Positions 9,431-18,340 of a stretch of DNA of 58,313 nt are shown here, piece by piece. Origin of the DNA: a virus. Lineage: Duplodnaviria; Caudoviricetes. Below the pieces are notes generated by a model. The model did no database searches. It was not told where the DNA came from and saw only the letters and a program-made list of their open reading frames with translations. Within the stretch, counting starts at the first letter, position 1. Every line of letters starts with the position of its first letter. A program made the translations under genes and the position numbers. The stretch covers positions 1 to 58,313 of the IMG/VR virus record IMGVR_UViG_3300048851_000052. The stretch is one strand, 5' to 3'.

Positions 9431-9612
9431 GACTGCACCATCCCACCAGCAACCCGAACAGCTTCAGACCAGAGCTTGTCACGCTGAGCGATGGCTGCGG
9501 TCACAGCAGCGTCAAGGCGCATCATGTCCAAGGTTGGAGGGCAGAGACGGGGCGCCTTTACAGGCTGAGCCGGGCGCTGGACGGTGATTCCGATCTGGTA
9601 CATGGCGTTCAT
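9427..9612 (-). CDS. Hypothetical phage protein
   Basis: Coupled small ORF. Confidence 0.5.
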   Translation of the reverse strand: MNAMYQIGITVQRPAQPVKAPRLCPPTLDMMRLDAAVTAAIAQRDKLWSEAVRVAGGMVQS

Positions 9613-10133
9613 GGTTGCACCTGTTTGCGGTAGCCGGCTGCGTGAATCGCATAAGCCAACAGAGTTGAATTCAAAGGCTCCGCTTCGAGCAGCGTGCGAA
9701 TTTCGCAGATTTCATGGGCTCGCTTTTCCTCCGCGATCTGCTCGGCGGTTGGCTTCGGCTTGAACAATTCCGCTACACCCATCTCAACCTGAATACCGCC
9801 CTCGCACTGGAAGGTGAACACGGCCACTGTCATTCCTGATATCGGTTGAACGACATGCGCGACAATCGTCACCTCGATATCCTCGTGGCGCGGGAGAACT
9901 GGGTGCCATTCCTCGTCGTATACCTTTTCAGTGTTGAAGATGCACACCGCGCTGACTGGTGGAACGCCTTCGCCGCTCCATGCTTCAGGTCCCGGACGAG
10001 CCCAGTCATCATGATCATGGATAGCGAAGTAAGCGGCTTCGATGCCGTCACCTAGGCTGCCAGAGCCATTTAGAAACTCTGCGCCGTAGGCCGTGCATCC
10101 AGCCTGCAAAATCACTTCTGGAATCTTGCTCAT
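9609..10133 (-). CDS. Hypothetical phage protein
   Basis: WSGEGVPPV and AGYRKQ motifs typical of Pseudomonas prophage early proteins. Confidence 0.7.
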   Translation of the reverse strand: MSKIPEVILQAGCTAYGAEFLNGSGSLGDGIEAAYFAIHDHDDWARPGPEAWSGEGVPPVSAVCIFNTEKVYDEEWHPVLPRHEDIEVTIVAHVVQPISGMTVAVFTFQCEGGIQVEMGVAELFKPKPTAEQIAEEKRAHEICEIRTLLEAEPLNSTLLAYAIHAAGYRKQVQP

Positions 10134-10324
10134 GCCGCTCTCCCTTGCCGACGTTCAAGCGCGGCATAAAGTCGTTTGCAGTAGTGGGTGAATTCTTCGG
10201 TGGTGATCTGACCTTCATCCATCAGGCGGGTGAAGTTGCGCAGCACGATCACTTCGTACATCGCTGGGCAGGCTGAAGACTCGACCGTCTCCAGGTATTC
10301 GTCGGCCAAAATGTGAGGGCTCAC
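10130..10324 (-). CDS. Hypothetical phage protein
   Basis: Coupled small ORF. Confidence 0.6.
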   Translation of the reverse strand: MSPHILADEYLETVESSACPAMYEVIVLRNFTRLMDEGQITTEEFTHYCKRLYAALERRQGRAA

Positions 10325-10734
10325 AGAGCGTCGTCCTCGGCCTGAGCAATCAGCGCATCCTTCGCCAGCGGCGTCAGCAGCGTGACCGCGATCTGGCGCA
10401 ACGCCTCGTCAGGGTTGGGACTGTTCAGGGCCTCAGCGGCCGCAGTACAGGCGTCTGACGATGCGCGGCGCTTGGCGGCCAGCACCAGTCGGCCCAGCAC
10501 CGAGTTGCTGATGCCAAAAGCAGAGAGTTGGCCTATCACGAACTCATCCACCGCAGCGGCGAACTGTTCGTAGGTAACGCCCTGGGGAGAGTGGAGGGAT
10601 CGTTTGAACTTGACGTCGGCGCCGAGCAGCAACTGTTCCGCTGCGTCGTCGATCCAGATCCGTTCCGCGATCGAGCAGAGTTCCACCGGGAGGCGGTTGT
10701 CATACTCGAACTGTGCTTTGGCTAAAGCATTCAT
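10321..10734 (-). CDS. Hypothetical phage protein
   Basis: GGAGG RBS; operon context. Confidence 0.7.
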   Translation of the reverse strand: MNALAKAQFEYDNRLPVELCSIAERIWIDDAAEQLLLGADVKFKRSLHSPQGVTYEQFAAAVDEFVIGQLSAFGISNSVLGRLVLAAKRRASSDACTAAAEALNSPNPDEALRQIAVTLLTPLAKDALIAQAEDDAL

Positions 10735-10757
10735 GGTCGCCTCCGTCGGCGGTGGTT

Positions 10758-10943
10758 TTAAGGATGAACGCTGATCACGTTGCCTATGCTGTGAAGCTCA
10801 AGAACCTCACCGCACTCCAGCTCCTCGATCGTTTCTTCGAACTCATCAACGCTGCCGTCACGGGCCAGAATCACGATTGCCCATTCGGTAACGGTGCGGG
10901 TGATCTTCGCCTTCACTCGGCGCGGCTTTCGCTCGTTGTCCAT
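10758..10943 (-). CDS. Small hypothetical protein
   Basis: AAGGAGA RBS before MDNERKP. Confidence 0.55.
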   Translation of the reverse strand: MDNERKPRRVKAKITRTVTEWAIVILARDGSVDEFEETIEELECGEVLELHSIGNVISVHP

Positions 10944-11210
10944 GCTCAATCTCCTTGCGGATTGACCAAACACACTCCAACTGACGCCTCAAGAACGCAA
11001 AGGGCCCCATGGGCAGCGGAGAGGAGTCAGTTGGAGTGGGTTCGGTGGGGAAAGGGTTCCGCATGTGCGGGCACTGCCACGGTGTTCTGCTTGGGGTGGG
11101 CCTACCTCTCGGCCAATGCGCGGTGACATCGACGACCCTGCTGTCCGCTGCCTGTTAGGTGTTGGTCGCAGCCTTCAGGCTTACTGCGACGCGCAGGTGA
11201 ATCGGCTGGC

Positions 11211-11219
11211 TTACTTCAT
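11211..11219 (-). other. Two-codon minigene ATG-AAG-TAA
   Basis: AGGAGA SD 7 nt upstream of the ATG. Confidence 0.45.
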
Positions 11220-11271
11220 GGCGGTATCTCCTATTGCTCGCTCACTGGGAAGGCAGTGGGTACCTGTTGAA

Positions 11272-11412
11272 TGGGGTGATGCAGATGGTGGGTGCTGATC
11301 TCCCCCTTGCGTGTGAAGTGTCAGGTTCAACCAAGCCAGCCAGCTTTCGCCCACTGGCGCCGCACTTATGAGCCTGCGTCGTTGCCCGTCAGCCCGGGCC
11401 TTCATCTGCATC
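11272..11412 (-). ncRNA. tRNA-like / C4-antisense-like structured RNA
   Basis: Terminal stem GATGCAGATG/CATCTGCATC, GCCCG-GGCTGA-CGGGC hairpin, T-arm-like GGGGG-AGATCAGCA-CCCAC, 3' tail ending CCA. Confidence 0.55.
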
Positions 11413-11646
11413 GGGCTGCCCTCTGAGCGCAATGCGCACTCGCCGGTAAGCCATCACTGGCTGAGTCCAGCTCTACCACCAAGGGCAGAGGACAATCCGA
11501 TGCAGCCTCGTAAGAGGTGATCGGTTACTTCAAGACCAAGCCACCATCAGCCCCAGCGCGAGGGCGTGCAGCGAAAGTATTGCTGTCAGCAGTCCCCATG
11601 CTTGTGGGGGTGAGGGGAGGGTTGGCATGGGGTGCTCCAGGTTGCT

Positions 11647-11838
11647 TTATGCGGTTACTTTTACCGGCGTGAAGCGGGACGGGCTCCAGTCGCAGGACTC
11701 GTCTTCTGGGATGTGCCCGAACATCATCGTGCAGCGGCGGCAGTGGGCGCAGTCGCCGCAGGTCTTGCCTTCCGGCAGGTTCATCTTGTCGGCGTTGTCT
11801 GCTGAGCGCGGGTAGGGTGCTCTTTGTTCTGTAGCCAT
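11647..11838 (-). CDS. Small Cys-rich protein, first gene of the pL operon
   Basis: AGGAGG RBS; CGDCAHCRRC..C motif. Confidence 0.65.
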   Translation of the reverse strand: MATEQRAPYPRSADNADKMNLPEGKTCGDCAHCRRCTMMFGHIPEDESCDWSPSRFTPVKVTA

Positions 11839-12106
11839 CACGTTTCCTCCTATGGATTTCCAAAACGCCCGGTCGCCCAGGCGCTTCAGAAATCGTTCGG
11901 TTTCTCCGCCACGCTTCGTCGCCGGATTCATATCGCTGGCCTGCGTCACACATTTCGTACTCGGTGTTCTTCGCTGGCTGGCTTGCGTGGTTTCGCGCAC
12001 TCACATCTGGTGAGCACGGCCAGTTCCAGAGCTGGCATGGGATCGACTATTTGTTGCTCGCGCTTACCGGTTAAGGGGTAGTCGGTCGCGAGGTTCCCAA
12101 GTTGTC

Positions 12107-12115
12107 TAAAGAGCG
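12107..12115 (-). promoter_or_regulatory. boxA antitermination element (nutL-like)
   Basis: CGCTCTTTA about 45 nt downstream of the predicted pL start. Confidence 0.7.
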
Positions 12116-12167
12116 GGTTACCGATCCGTGAGTCCCTTGGTAGGGGCTGATTCGTTTCGATGGGTGA

Positions 12168-12210
12168 ACAATACCCTTAGGTAAAACATCCGGTCAATAC
12201 CTTTAGGTAA
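12168..12210 (-). promoter_or_regulatory. pL promoter with two CI operator-like sites
   Basis: -35 TTGACC (12197-12192), -10 TATTGT (12173-12168); operators ATACCCTTAGGTAA (12171-12184) and ATACCTTTAGGTAA (12197-12210). Confidence 0.7.
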
Positions 12211-12228
12211 GATATTTTCAAATAGGCG

Positions 12229-12253
12229 AAAAAAAGCCCGCTCAGTGGCGGGC
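12229..12253 (-). terminator. Intrinsic terminator of the cI-cassette transcript
   Basis: GCCCGC/GCGGGC hairpin followed by a U-run on the minus strand. Confidence 0.8.
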
Positions 12254-12277
12254 CTATAGATGGCGAACGATCAGCGA

Positions 12278-13033
12278 TTAAGCTGCTATTTGCTCCAGGA
12301 GGTGATTGGTTCCGGTATAGATAAGGACTTCCGCCGCGTCGGTTAACGCTGTAGCGGCCTTGCGGTTATCGTCCTCATCACCTGGTTCAAGAATCACTTT
12401 GCGTATGGCGCCGGAGTGCGCGTTCTTGATATCGAGCATCTTGCCCACTGCGCGGTAGACCAAGCTCCAGTCAACCTTGCCATTCTTGGTAGGAATCGTC
12501 TGGATCACAGTCGACTCCTCGCCCTCATCAACGATGGCGAAGGGCAGCGTCAATTGATGCCCGCTTGCACCAACGATGTGGAAGTCGGTTTTGAGACGTC
12601 CGTGATAAGCGCCACGCAGCGCCGTCTCGATCACTCGATCAAATCGGGAAATTGGAGAAGGCCGAAGTTTGTTGCACGCAAACCCGACATGTTCGGCAGC
12701 CTCAACGAACCGGGCGAGATAGAACGGCAGTTGATCCTGTGTGCAGGTTTTGAATATCTCCCCACCGTCCGAGAGTTCCAAGCCGCTCATCTCGACCAGC
12801 TCAGCCATTTTCCGGCCCTTGGCCGCAGTAGGCCTAAGCCCGTGAGTCATGGCCGAGAAAAGCGTATCAGCGTTGTCGCTGATCCGCATATTGCCGTTGC
12901 CAAGGTCCTGGACATACGCCCCAATGAGGTTGCCGTCGAAAGCCAGTGTGAGCGGCGACTCTATGTAGTAAACGCTGTCACTGACAGGCTTGCACTTGAA
13001 GCCAAGCTGGCTGCTGATCATTGTGCAATTCAT
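12278..13033 (-). CDS. DUF1828/DUF1829-like protein
   Basis: IESPL..DG..I..YV..ISDNADTL N-terminal motif; GASGHQL C-terminal nuclease-like segment. Confidence 0.7.
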   Translation of the reverse strand: MNCTMISSQLGFKCKPVSDSVYYIESPLTLAFDGNLIGAYVQDLGNGNMRISDNADTLFSAMTHGLRPTAAKGRKMAELVEMSGLELSDGGEIFKTCTQDQLPFYLARFVEAAEHVGFACNKLRPSPISRFDRVIETALRGAYHGRLKTDFHIVGASGHQLTLPFAIVDEGEESTVIQTIPTKNGKVDWSLVYRAVGKMLDIKNAHSGAIRKVILEPGDEDDNRKAATALTDAAEVLIYTGTNHLLEQIAA

Positions 13034-13548
13034 CGGTATAGGTCCATTTGTCCGGCCTCAGGAAGCTCTATTCTTGGGGCTCCCGTAATATTTGCCTTTT
13101 CCAAGAATAGCTCCCATAGCGATTGAACAGTAGTGCTGTTCAGCGGTTCGGCGTACCCATAACTGCTTTCCGGGATCGGGATGTGCAGATGCGGGAAATC
13201 AACTGCAGCCTGATAGTGGGGCAACCCTGCGCCGATCTTGTTCAAGTGCGCCCCTTGGCCGTTGTCATCGATAGACACCACCCTGGCCTTGTTGACGACA
13301 AATGTCATCGACAGGGTGTCCCTGACTCCGGGAACAAGGTTCTTCTTGAAATACAGTTCGACAAACCAGTCCTCGGCGAATTTGGTCTGGGCTTCGTCCA
13401 GAGCCAACGAGCTGCGAAAGCTGAATGGTGCCGGGAACCGCTTAGTTGATGAGGTCTTCCAGTCGAAAACCAAGCCTTTGGGCCATAGCTTGAAAGCGGC
13501 AACGGCAAGCATCGCGTCGTCGTATGGAATCGTTTTCTGTTGCGCCAT
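13030..13548 (-). CDS. DUF6978-like protein
   Basis: H.N...PHLHIP..YGYAEPL..FLEKANI motif; coupled to the DUF1828-like gene. Confidence 0.6.
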   Translation of the reverse strand: MAQQKTIPYDDAMLAVAAFKLWPKGLVFDWKTSSTKRFPAPFSFRSSLALDEAQTKFAEDWFVELYFKKNLVPGVRDTLSMTFVVNKARVVSIDDNGQGAHLNKIGAGLPHYQAAVDFPHLHIPIPESSYGYAEPLNSTTVQSLWELFLEKANITGAPRIELPEAGQMDLYR

Positions 13549-13615
13549 CCATCACAGCTCCGTGCATTACATATGCCGCTACCAGCAGCGTTAGGGTTGC
13601 GTGCCATCCATAGCT

Positions 13616-14350
13616 TTAGAAGCTGCGGCCGGTCCACCAGTAAATGATCTGGGCTAGCACCGTGATATCTTCTTCGCGATCACCTGGAACTTGTATAGCG
13701 GGGTACTGGCTGTTGTCCGAGATTATCGTCAGTCCATCCAGCCCGCGTTGAATCCTTTTGATCTGGAGCTGACCACGCATGAGGAAGAAGTAAATCGCGT
13801 CTGACTCGACCGAGGTTACCCCTGAGTCAACCAGCACAGCGTCACCGCTGCGGATCGTCGGCGCCATGCTGTCGCCCCGGCCCGATATCAGTTTGAGGTT
13901 ATCCACGTTCGTGTAAGTGAGGTTTTGCCGAACCCAGTTGGCATCCAGCCTCATGTTCTCGACGACCATGTTCATCTCGGGAGGCTCCGTGCCGTGCCCC
14001 ATTGAGCCGGCGATGTCGAAACGCTCCACGGCGACAATGGGTCGATAGCTCTTTATCTTTTGGGCGAGGGCGGCTGGGAGCCCTTCGATGTCGATCACAT
14101 CCGAGCCACCGAGGCCAGGCTTGTCGAAAGCGTATTCTTCCAGTTTGAATTCCTTCTCAATATCCCTCGCAAGATCCTCTCCCACATTCTTCGATCCAGC
14201 CTTGTCGGGCGGGTAGAGGCATCTCGAAATGTAGTCGGCCTGTTTGCCCATGCGGCGTGCGAACTCGGCCTTTGCACCATGCTTACCAATACCGAATTGA
14301 CGGTCAATCAGAAGCTGAAGATTTGCTTTGCGAATCAATTTTTTGTCCAT
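13616..14350 (-). CDS. cI: CI-like repressor (HTH + S24 autopeptidase)
   Basis: N-terminal HTH, AGSMGHG cleavage region, GDSMAPTI and IKRI catalytic Ser/Lys motifs. Confidence 0.93.
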   Translation of the reverse strand: MDKKLIRKANLQLLIDRQFGIGKHGAKAEFARRMGKQADYISRCLYPPDKAGSKNVGEDLARDIEKEFKLEEYAFDKPGLGGSDVIDIEGLPAALAQKIKSYRPIVAVERFDIAGSMGHGTEPPEMNMVVENMRLDANWVRQNLTYTNVDNLKLISGRGDSMAPTIRSGDAVLVDSGVTSVESDAIYFFLMRGQLQIKRIQRGLDGLTIISDNSQYPAIQVPGDREEDITVLAQIIYWWTGRSF

Positions 14351-14370
14351 GGCGCAAATATGCTTTCCCG

Positions 14371-14427
14371 TTACTTCTAGGTAAATGGCCTGTGGGTATT
14401 GCTTTATGCCTTACCTATGGGTAAGAA
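14371..14427. promoter_or_regulatory. OR region: three operator-like sites and pR
   Basis: TTACTTCTAGGTAA (14371-14384), TGGCCTGTGGGTAT (14386-14399), TTACCTATGGGTAA (14411-14424); same TACC-N4-GGTA palindrome as OL. Confidence 0.7.
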
Positions 14428-14454
14428 TTGGCGCATCACTTAGGAGATTCCGTG

Positions 14455-14688
14455 ATGCGAACCAAACACACACAGTTATTGGAGTGGCTCAAAACAGCCT
14501 CAGATGAGGTTGTAGAAAGAACCGGGACCACTCGCGGCTACCTGAAACAGATTGCCTACGGCAACAAGCAAGCGTCCGCCAGCGTGGCCTCGTCTCTTGA
14601 GCGGGAAACTCTGGGTCTCTTGACCCGGCAGTCCCTACGCCCAAATGACTGGACCGTGATTTGGCCTGAACTCGCGTCGGCGGCCTAA
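14455..14688 (+). CDS. cro: Cro-like (YdaS family) repressor
   Basis: Divergent from cI; GTTRGYLKQIAYG..LRPNDW..IWPEL signature. Confidence 0.85.
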   Translation: MRTKHTQLLEWLKTASDEVVERTGTTRGYLKQIAYGNKQASASVASSLERETLGLLTRQSLRPNDWTVIWPELASAA

Positions 14689-14690
14689 CC

Positions 14691-14999
14691 ATGTCGACCA
14701 ACCAATTAAGCCAAGAACAGCTTGTAAGGTCCCGCAAGAATTACCACTTCATCGTGCAGAAGCTTGCATCGGTGGGCAATGCGCCAGTAGCGGTTGCAGT
14801 GGGTTGCGATGAGGCGACGATCAGCCGCATGAAGCCGGAGAAGTTTGAGCAGTTCGCTCAGATCCTGGCGGTGCTCGACCTGAAGATTGTTCCGGCCGAG
14901 ATGCGCTGCTTCAACGAGCGCGATATCGAGATGCTGATCCACGCATCGAAGCGCTGGATGGAGCACATCGACGGCGTTGACCAGTTGCAGGAGGAGTAA
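14691..14999 (+). CDS. cII: CII-like transcriptional activator
   Basis: VAVAVGCDEATISRMK..LAVLDLKIVP; position after cro. Confidence 0.8.
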   Translation: MSTNQLSQEQLVRSRKNYHFIVQKLASVGNAPVAVAVGCDEATISRMKPEKFEQFAQILAVLDLKIVPAEMRCFNERDIEMLIHASKRWMEHIDGVDQLQEE

Positions 15000-15202
15000 T
15001 GCTGACACTTCCTGCTGACCAACTTGAGATGAGCAAGGAGTTCCACCAAGCGGTGGCGATGCTTCATGCCCGCTCAGTTCGGAACATGTACTCGAAAGAC
15101 AGAAAGCAAAAAGCCCGCAGTGAGTGTTTGGCTCATCTGCGGGCTTCGTTGTGTCCGACGGCGCCAACCGTTGAACAAGTTCTCAAATCATCCGAGACCT
15201 GA
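14999..15202 (+). CDS. Hypothetical phage protein
   Basis: Coupled ORF between cII and O. Confidence 0.5.
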   Translation: MLTLPADQLEMSKEFHQAVAMLHARSVRNMYSKDRKQKARSECLAHLRASLCPTAPTVEQVLKSSET

Positions 15203-15204
15203 TT

Positions 15205-16011
15205 ATGAGCAATGTCATCCCACTTCGCAATACCGGGGGATTCACCCGGATGGACAACGACCTTTACGAGGCTCTGATCGGAGCCGACTTGTCTGGGCGT
15301 GAGCTTCGTGTCGCCCTGGCTATCCATCGTCAAACAGCAGGCTACAACCTTGAGAACGCTCGTATAGCGGCTTCCTACATCGCTCAGATGTCAGGCATCC
15401 ACCGTGAGGATGTATCGCGGGCAATCTGTGAGCTTATCCGTCAGCGCGTCATCTACCGTGTCGGGGGAAGTCGAAGCCCTATCGGTTTCGCACCGATCAA
15501 TGAGTGGGTAATCGACAAGAAAAACACTCATCCGACAAAGCAAAAAGAAGTGCCACAGTGTGGCGTTTCCACCACGTCCAATGTGGCGTTCTTACCACAC
15601 AATAAAGACATAAATACAAATACTACTTCTATCGAAGTAGTCGTCGACGCCGAGCGTCAACCTTCGCAAGTTGAGCTGATTCCTGAAAAGGTCGTTCGCA
15701 GCAACCCTGCAGTTGAGCCATGCCCGTATCAGGAGATTGTCCGCCTGTACCACTTGGCTCTTCCTGAACTGCCAGCGGTTGCACTGCTGAATGCGGGTCG
15801 CAAAAAGACGCTGCAAGCCCGGTGGCGTGAATCCGATGTTCATCGTGATCTTGGCTTCTGGGCTGACTACTTCGCGATGGTCAAGGCCTCTCGTTTCCTG
15901 ACTGGCAAAGTGCAGGGGAAGAACGGCGACAAACCATTCTGCGCATCGTTTGACTGGCTGATCGCGCCTCGCAACTTCGTCAAGGTTGTGGAGGGCAATT
16001 ACAATGCGTGA
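15205..16011 (+). CDS. Lambda O-like replication initiator
   Basis: GFTRMDNDLYEAL..DLSGRELRV..RQTAGYN N-terminus; FDWLI..NFVKVVEGNY C-terminus. Confidence 0.88.
   Translation: MSNVIPLRNTGGFTRMDNDLYEALIGADLSGRELRVALAIHRQTAGYNLENARIAASYIAQMSGIHREDVSRAICELIRQRVIYRVGGSRSPIGFAPINEWVIDKKNTHPTKQKEVPQCGVSTTSNVAFLPHNKDINTNTTSIEVVVDAERQPSQVELIPEKVVRSNPAVEPCPYQEIVRLYHLALPELPAVALLNAGRKKTLQARWRESDVHRDLGFWADYFAMVKASRFLTGKVQGKNGDKPFCASFDWLIAPRNFVKVVEGNYNA
15559..15630. other. Putative replication origin inside O
   Basis: Two iterons TGTGGCGTT-N3-ACCAC (15559-15575, 15582-15598) followed by an A-rich tract. Confidence 0.55.
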
Positions 16012-17383
16012 TCCATACAGCCTTGAAGCCGAACAGAGCGTTTTGGGCGCCATGCTGATTAGCCCTGAGCTGATCGACACACTTACCGCTGACATCGCTG
16101 AAACGGATTTCCACTGGCCCGAGAACGCTCAGGTCTATCGGGCGATTCTCTCGCTGCGTGCCGAACAGGGCAGCATCGACGTACTGACCGTGGCAGAGCG
16201 TATGGGGAACATGGACGATGGGTCGTCAGCGCTGGCCTACACCGTCCTGCTCAACCAGAACACACCAAGTACTGCGAACGCTGGTGCCTACGCAAAGATA
16301 ATTCAGGAGCGCAGCCTTGATCGCGCCTTGATAGCTGCTTCTCAACAGATTCACCTGATCGCGCACAGCCAGAAATCCACCGCCGACAAGGTTGCCGAGG
16401 CCCAAGCAGAGGTTCTCGCCATTGATGGCGAATCCGCTACCCCTGACATCGTCAGCGCGGCGGATGTCATGCGTGTGCACGTCAATGAGCTTGAGCGTCG
16501 CGAGCAACTGGGCGGCAAACTCGACGGGCTCAGCACGGGTATTCCTCAATTGGACGAAAAGGTCCAAGGCCTCAAGCCTGAGCAGCTCATCGTGATCGCC
16601 GGCCGGGCGAAGATGGGTAAGACCACCTTTGCGATGGGCATCGCTAGGCACAACGCCATTCGCGACAAGAAAAACGTCTTGATCATCAGCCTGGAAATGA
16701 GCAACGCGCAGCTCATGGACCGACTGATTGCGGCAGAGGGAGAAATCCCGCTGGATAAGCTGAAGGACGGGTCCGCTATGAAAACCCACTCGTCCGCACT
16801 GTCTGCGGCTGCGGGAAAGGTCATCAACTCCACGCTCAAGCTCTCGGATCGGCCAGGACTGAGCATCGGCCGGATTCGTGCAATGGCGCGTCGGCACAAG
16901 ATGGTCCACGGACTCGACCTGATCGTAATTGACCACCTTGGCCTGCTGGATGCCGAGGATGCCTCAATGAATAGCTTGCAGCGCGTAAGCGAAATCACTC
17001 GCCAATCAAAGCTTTTGGCCAAAGAGCTGAAAGTCCCCGTGATCCTGCTTTCCCAGCTCAACCGAGCACTGGAGCAGCGCCCAAACAAACGCCCAATCCC
17101 CTCTGATCTGCGCGACAGCGGAACCATCGAGCAGGACGCCGACCTGGTGCTGTTCGTTTACCGCGACGAGGTCTACCACGCGGACACCCAATACAAGGGC
17201 GTAGCAGAAATCATCCTCGGCATCGCCCGCGACGTACAGGCCTGCACCGTACACGTCGGATATCAGGGCCAATACAACCGGTTCGTTCCGCTCGCTCCCG
17301 GCTGGAAAGAACCTGACCCAGAACCTGAGCCGCAAAAGCCGGCCAGCATGTCGAGTCGCTACGGCGCCAAGGAGCGTTTCTGA
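16004..17383 (+). CDS. dnaB: Replicative DNA helicase
   Basis: EAEQSVLGAML, Walker A GRAKMGKT, SLEMS, LSQLNR, DLRDSGTIEQDAD. Confidence 0.95.
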   Translation: MRDPYSLEAEQSVLGAMLISPELIDTLTADIAETDFHWPENAQVYRAILSLRAEQGSIDVLTVAERMGNMDDGSSALAYTVLLNQNTPSTANAGAYAKIIQERSLDRALIAASQQIHLIAHSQKSTADKVAEAQAEVLAIDGESATPDIVSAADVMRVHVNELERREQLGGKLDGLSTGIPQLDEKVQGLKPEQLIVIAGRAKMGKTTFAMGIARHNAIRDKKNVLIISLEMSNAQLMDRLIAAEGEIPLDKLKDGSAMKTHSSALSAAAGKVINSTLKLSDRPGLSIGRIRAMARRHKMVHGLDLIVIDHLGLLDAEDASMNSLQRVSEITRQSKLLAKELKVPVILLSQLNRALEQRPNKRPIPSDLRDSGTIEQDADLVLFVYRDEVYHADTQYKGVAEIILGIARDVQACTVHVGYQGQYNRFVPLAPGWKEPDPEPEPQKPASMSSRYGAKERF

Positions 17384-17895
17384 TGGCTGTTTCCGAATCA
17401 CGTCAGCAACAACTGCTCGCCGGGCAGTCATCCATTGCGCAAAAGGTCTTTGGATTCGTGCCCATCAAGGAGTGCTGGAGCGCTCACGACATCCACGGAG
17501 CTGCATTGGCCGCTAACGCCACTGCCGTAGCAGCACCCGCTATCCGCCGTGCCCTCTGCGAACTGCGCGATGCCGGGATTATCCGTGAGCCCGTCGGCGG
17601 CAAATACCAGCGTGAAGCCTTTACACCTAAGCCAATCAAGGAACAGATCATGCCCACAGTAGCCAATGACACCGTCGTTTCGATCAAGAAGCATGAAGCC
17701 GGTGCGCTGGATGCCTTGGCCAGCCTTTCCGCCGAAGTGATCACTCTTTCCGATGACATCGGTGCTCGCCTGAAAAAGATGGCCGCCCGCATCGAAGAGG
17801 TTGCCCTGTCGGTTGCCGCTGAGCAGGAGAGCAATTCCGAGGCCCTGGGCAAGCTCAAGCAGTTGCAATCGCTGCTGAAGGGGATCGCGCAATGA
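17383..17895 (+). CDS. Winged-helix/coiled-coil phage protein
   Basis: IRRALCELRDAGIIRE motif plus C-terminal heptads. Confidence 0.7.
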   Translation: MAVSESRQQQLLAGQSSIAQKVFGFVPIKECWSAHDIHGAALAANATAVAAPAIRRALCELRDAGIIREPVGGKYQREAFTPKPIKEQIMPTVANDTVVSIKKHEAGALDALASLSAEVITLSDDIGARLKKMAARIEEVALSVAAEQESNSEALGKLKQLQSLLKGIAQ

Positions 17896-18071
17896 TCACC
17901 GACCATAACAAGACCCTCAAGTCCGAAGGCTTCCAGGTCGTCGGCAATCTCAACGACATGGTGCTGATTACACGTGGTTCAGATAACCGATTCGTGCGCC
18001 ATGACGGCAGCCAGCGCCGGGCGGTTGATGTGACTGAAAGCAACGTGCGCGTGATTCGAGGTGCGGTATGA
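17892..18071 (+). CDS. Small hypothetical protein (59 aa)
   Basis: MITDHNKTL..., ATGA overlaps at both ends. Confidence 0.5.
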   Translation: MITDHNKTLKSEGFQVVGNLNDMVLITRGSDNRFVRHDGSQRRAVDVTESNVRVIRGAV

Positions 18072-18340
18072 GCAGTCGCGAAGAGTTCACCGCTTGGTAT
18101 CTAGCGGAAATGACCGAGATGTTCGGCAAGGGCATCAGGGCGCAAGCGGAGCTAAATCTGGCGTGGTCGCGAGACGATGGAAGCTTTGCGGACCCTTCCC
18201 TCCGGCTCGCGCTGATGTCTTGGGAGGCGTCTCGTTCGACGCTGGTGATTGAAGTCCCAGAACTCCAGCTGTGCTGTGAAGATTTTGGCGCCGAGTTCAT
18301 CAAGAACATCGAAGCGGTCGGGCTGAAGGTGAGCGCATGA
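18068..18340 (+). CDS. Hypothetical phage protein
   Basis: SREEFTAW...WEASR..IEVP motif family. Confidence 0.7.
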   Translation: MSSREEFTAWYLAEMTEMFGKGIRAQAELNLAWSRDDGSFADPSLRLALMSWEASRSTLVIEVPELQLCCEDFGAEFIKNIEAVGLKVSA

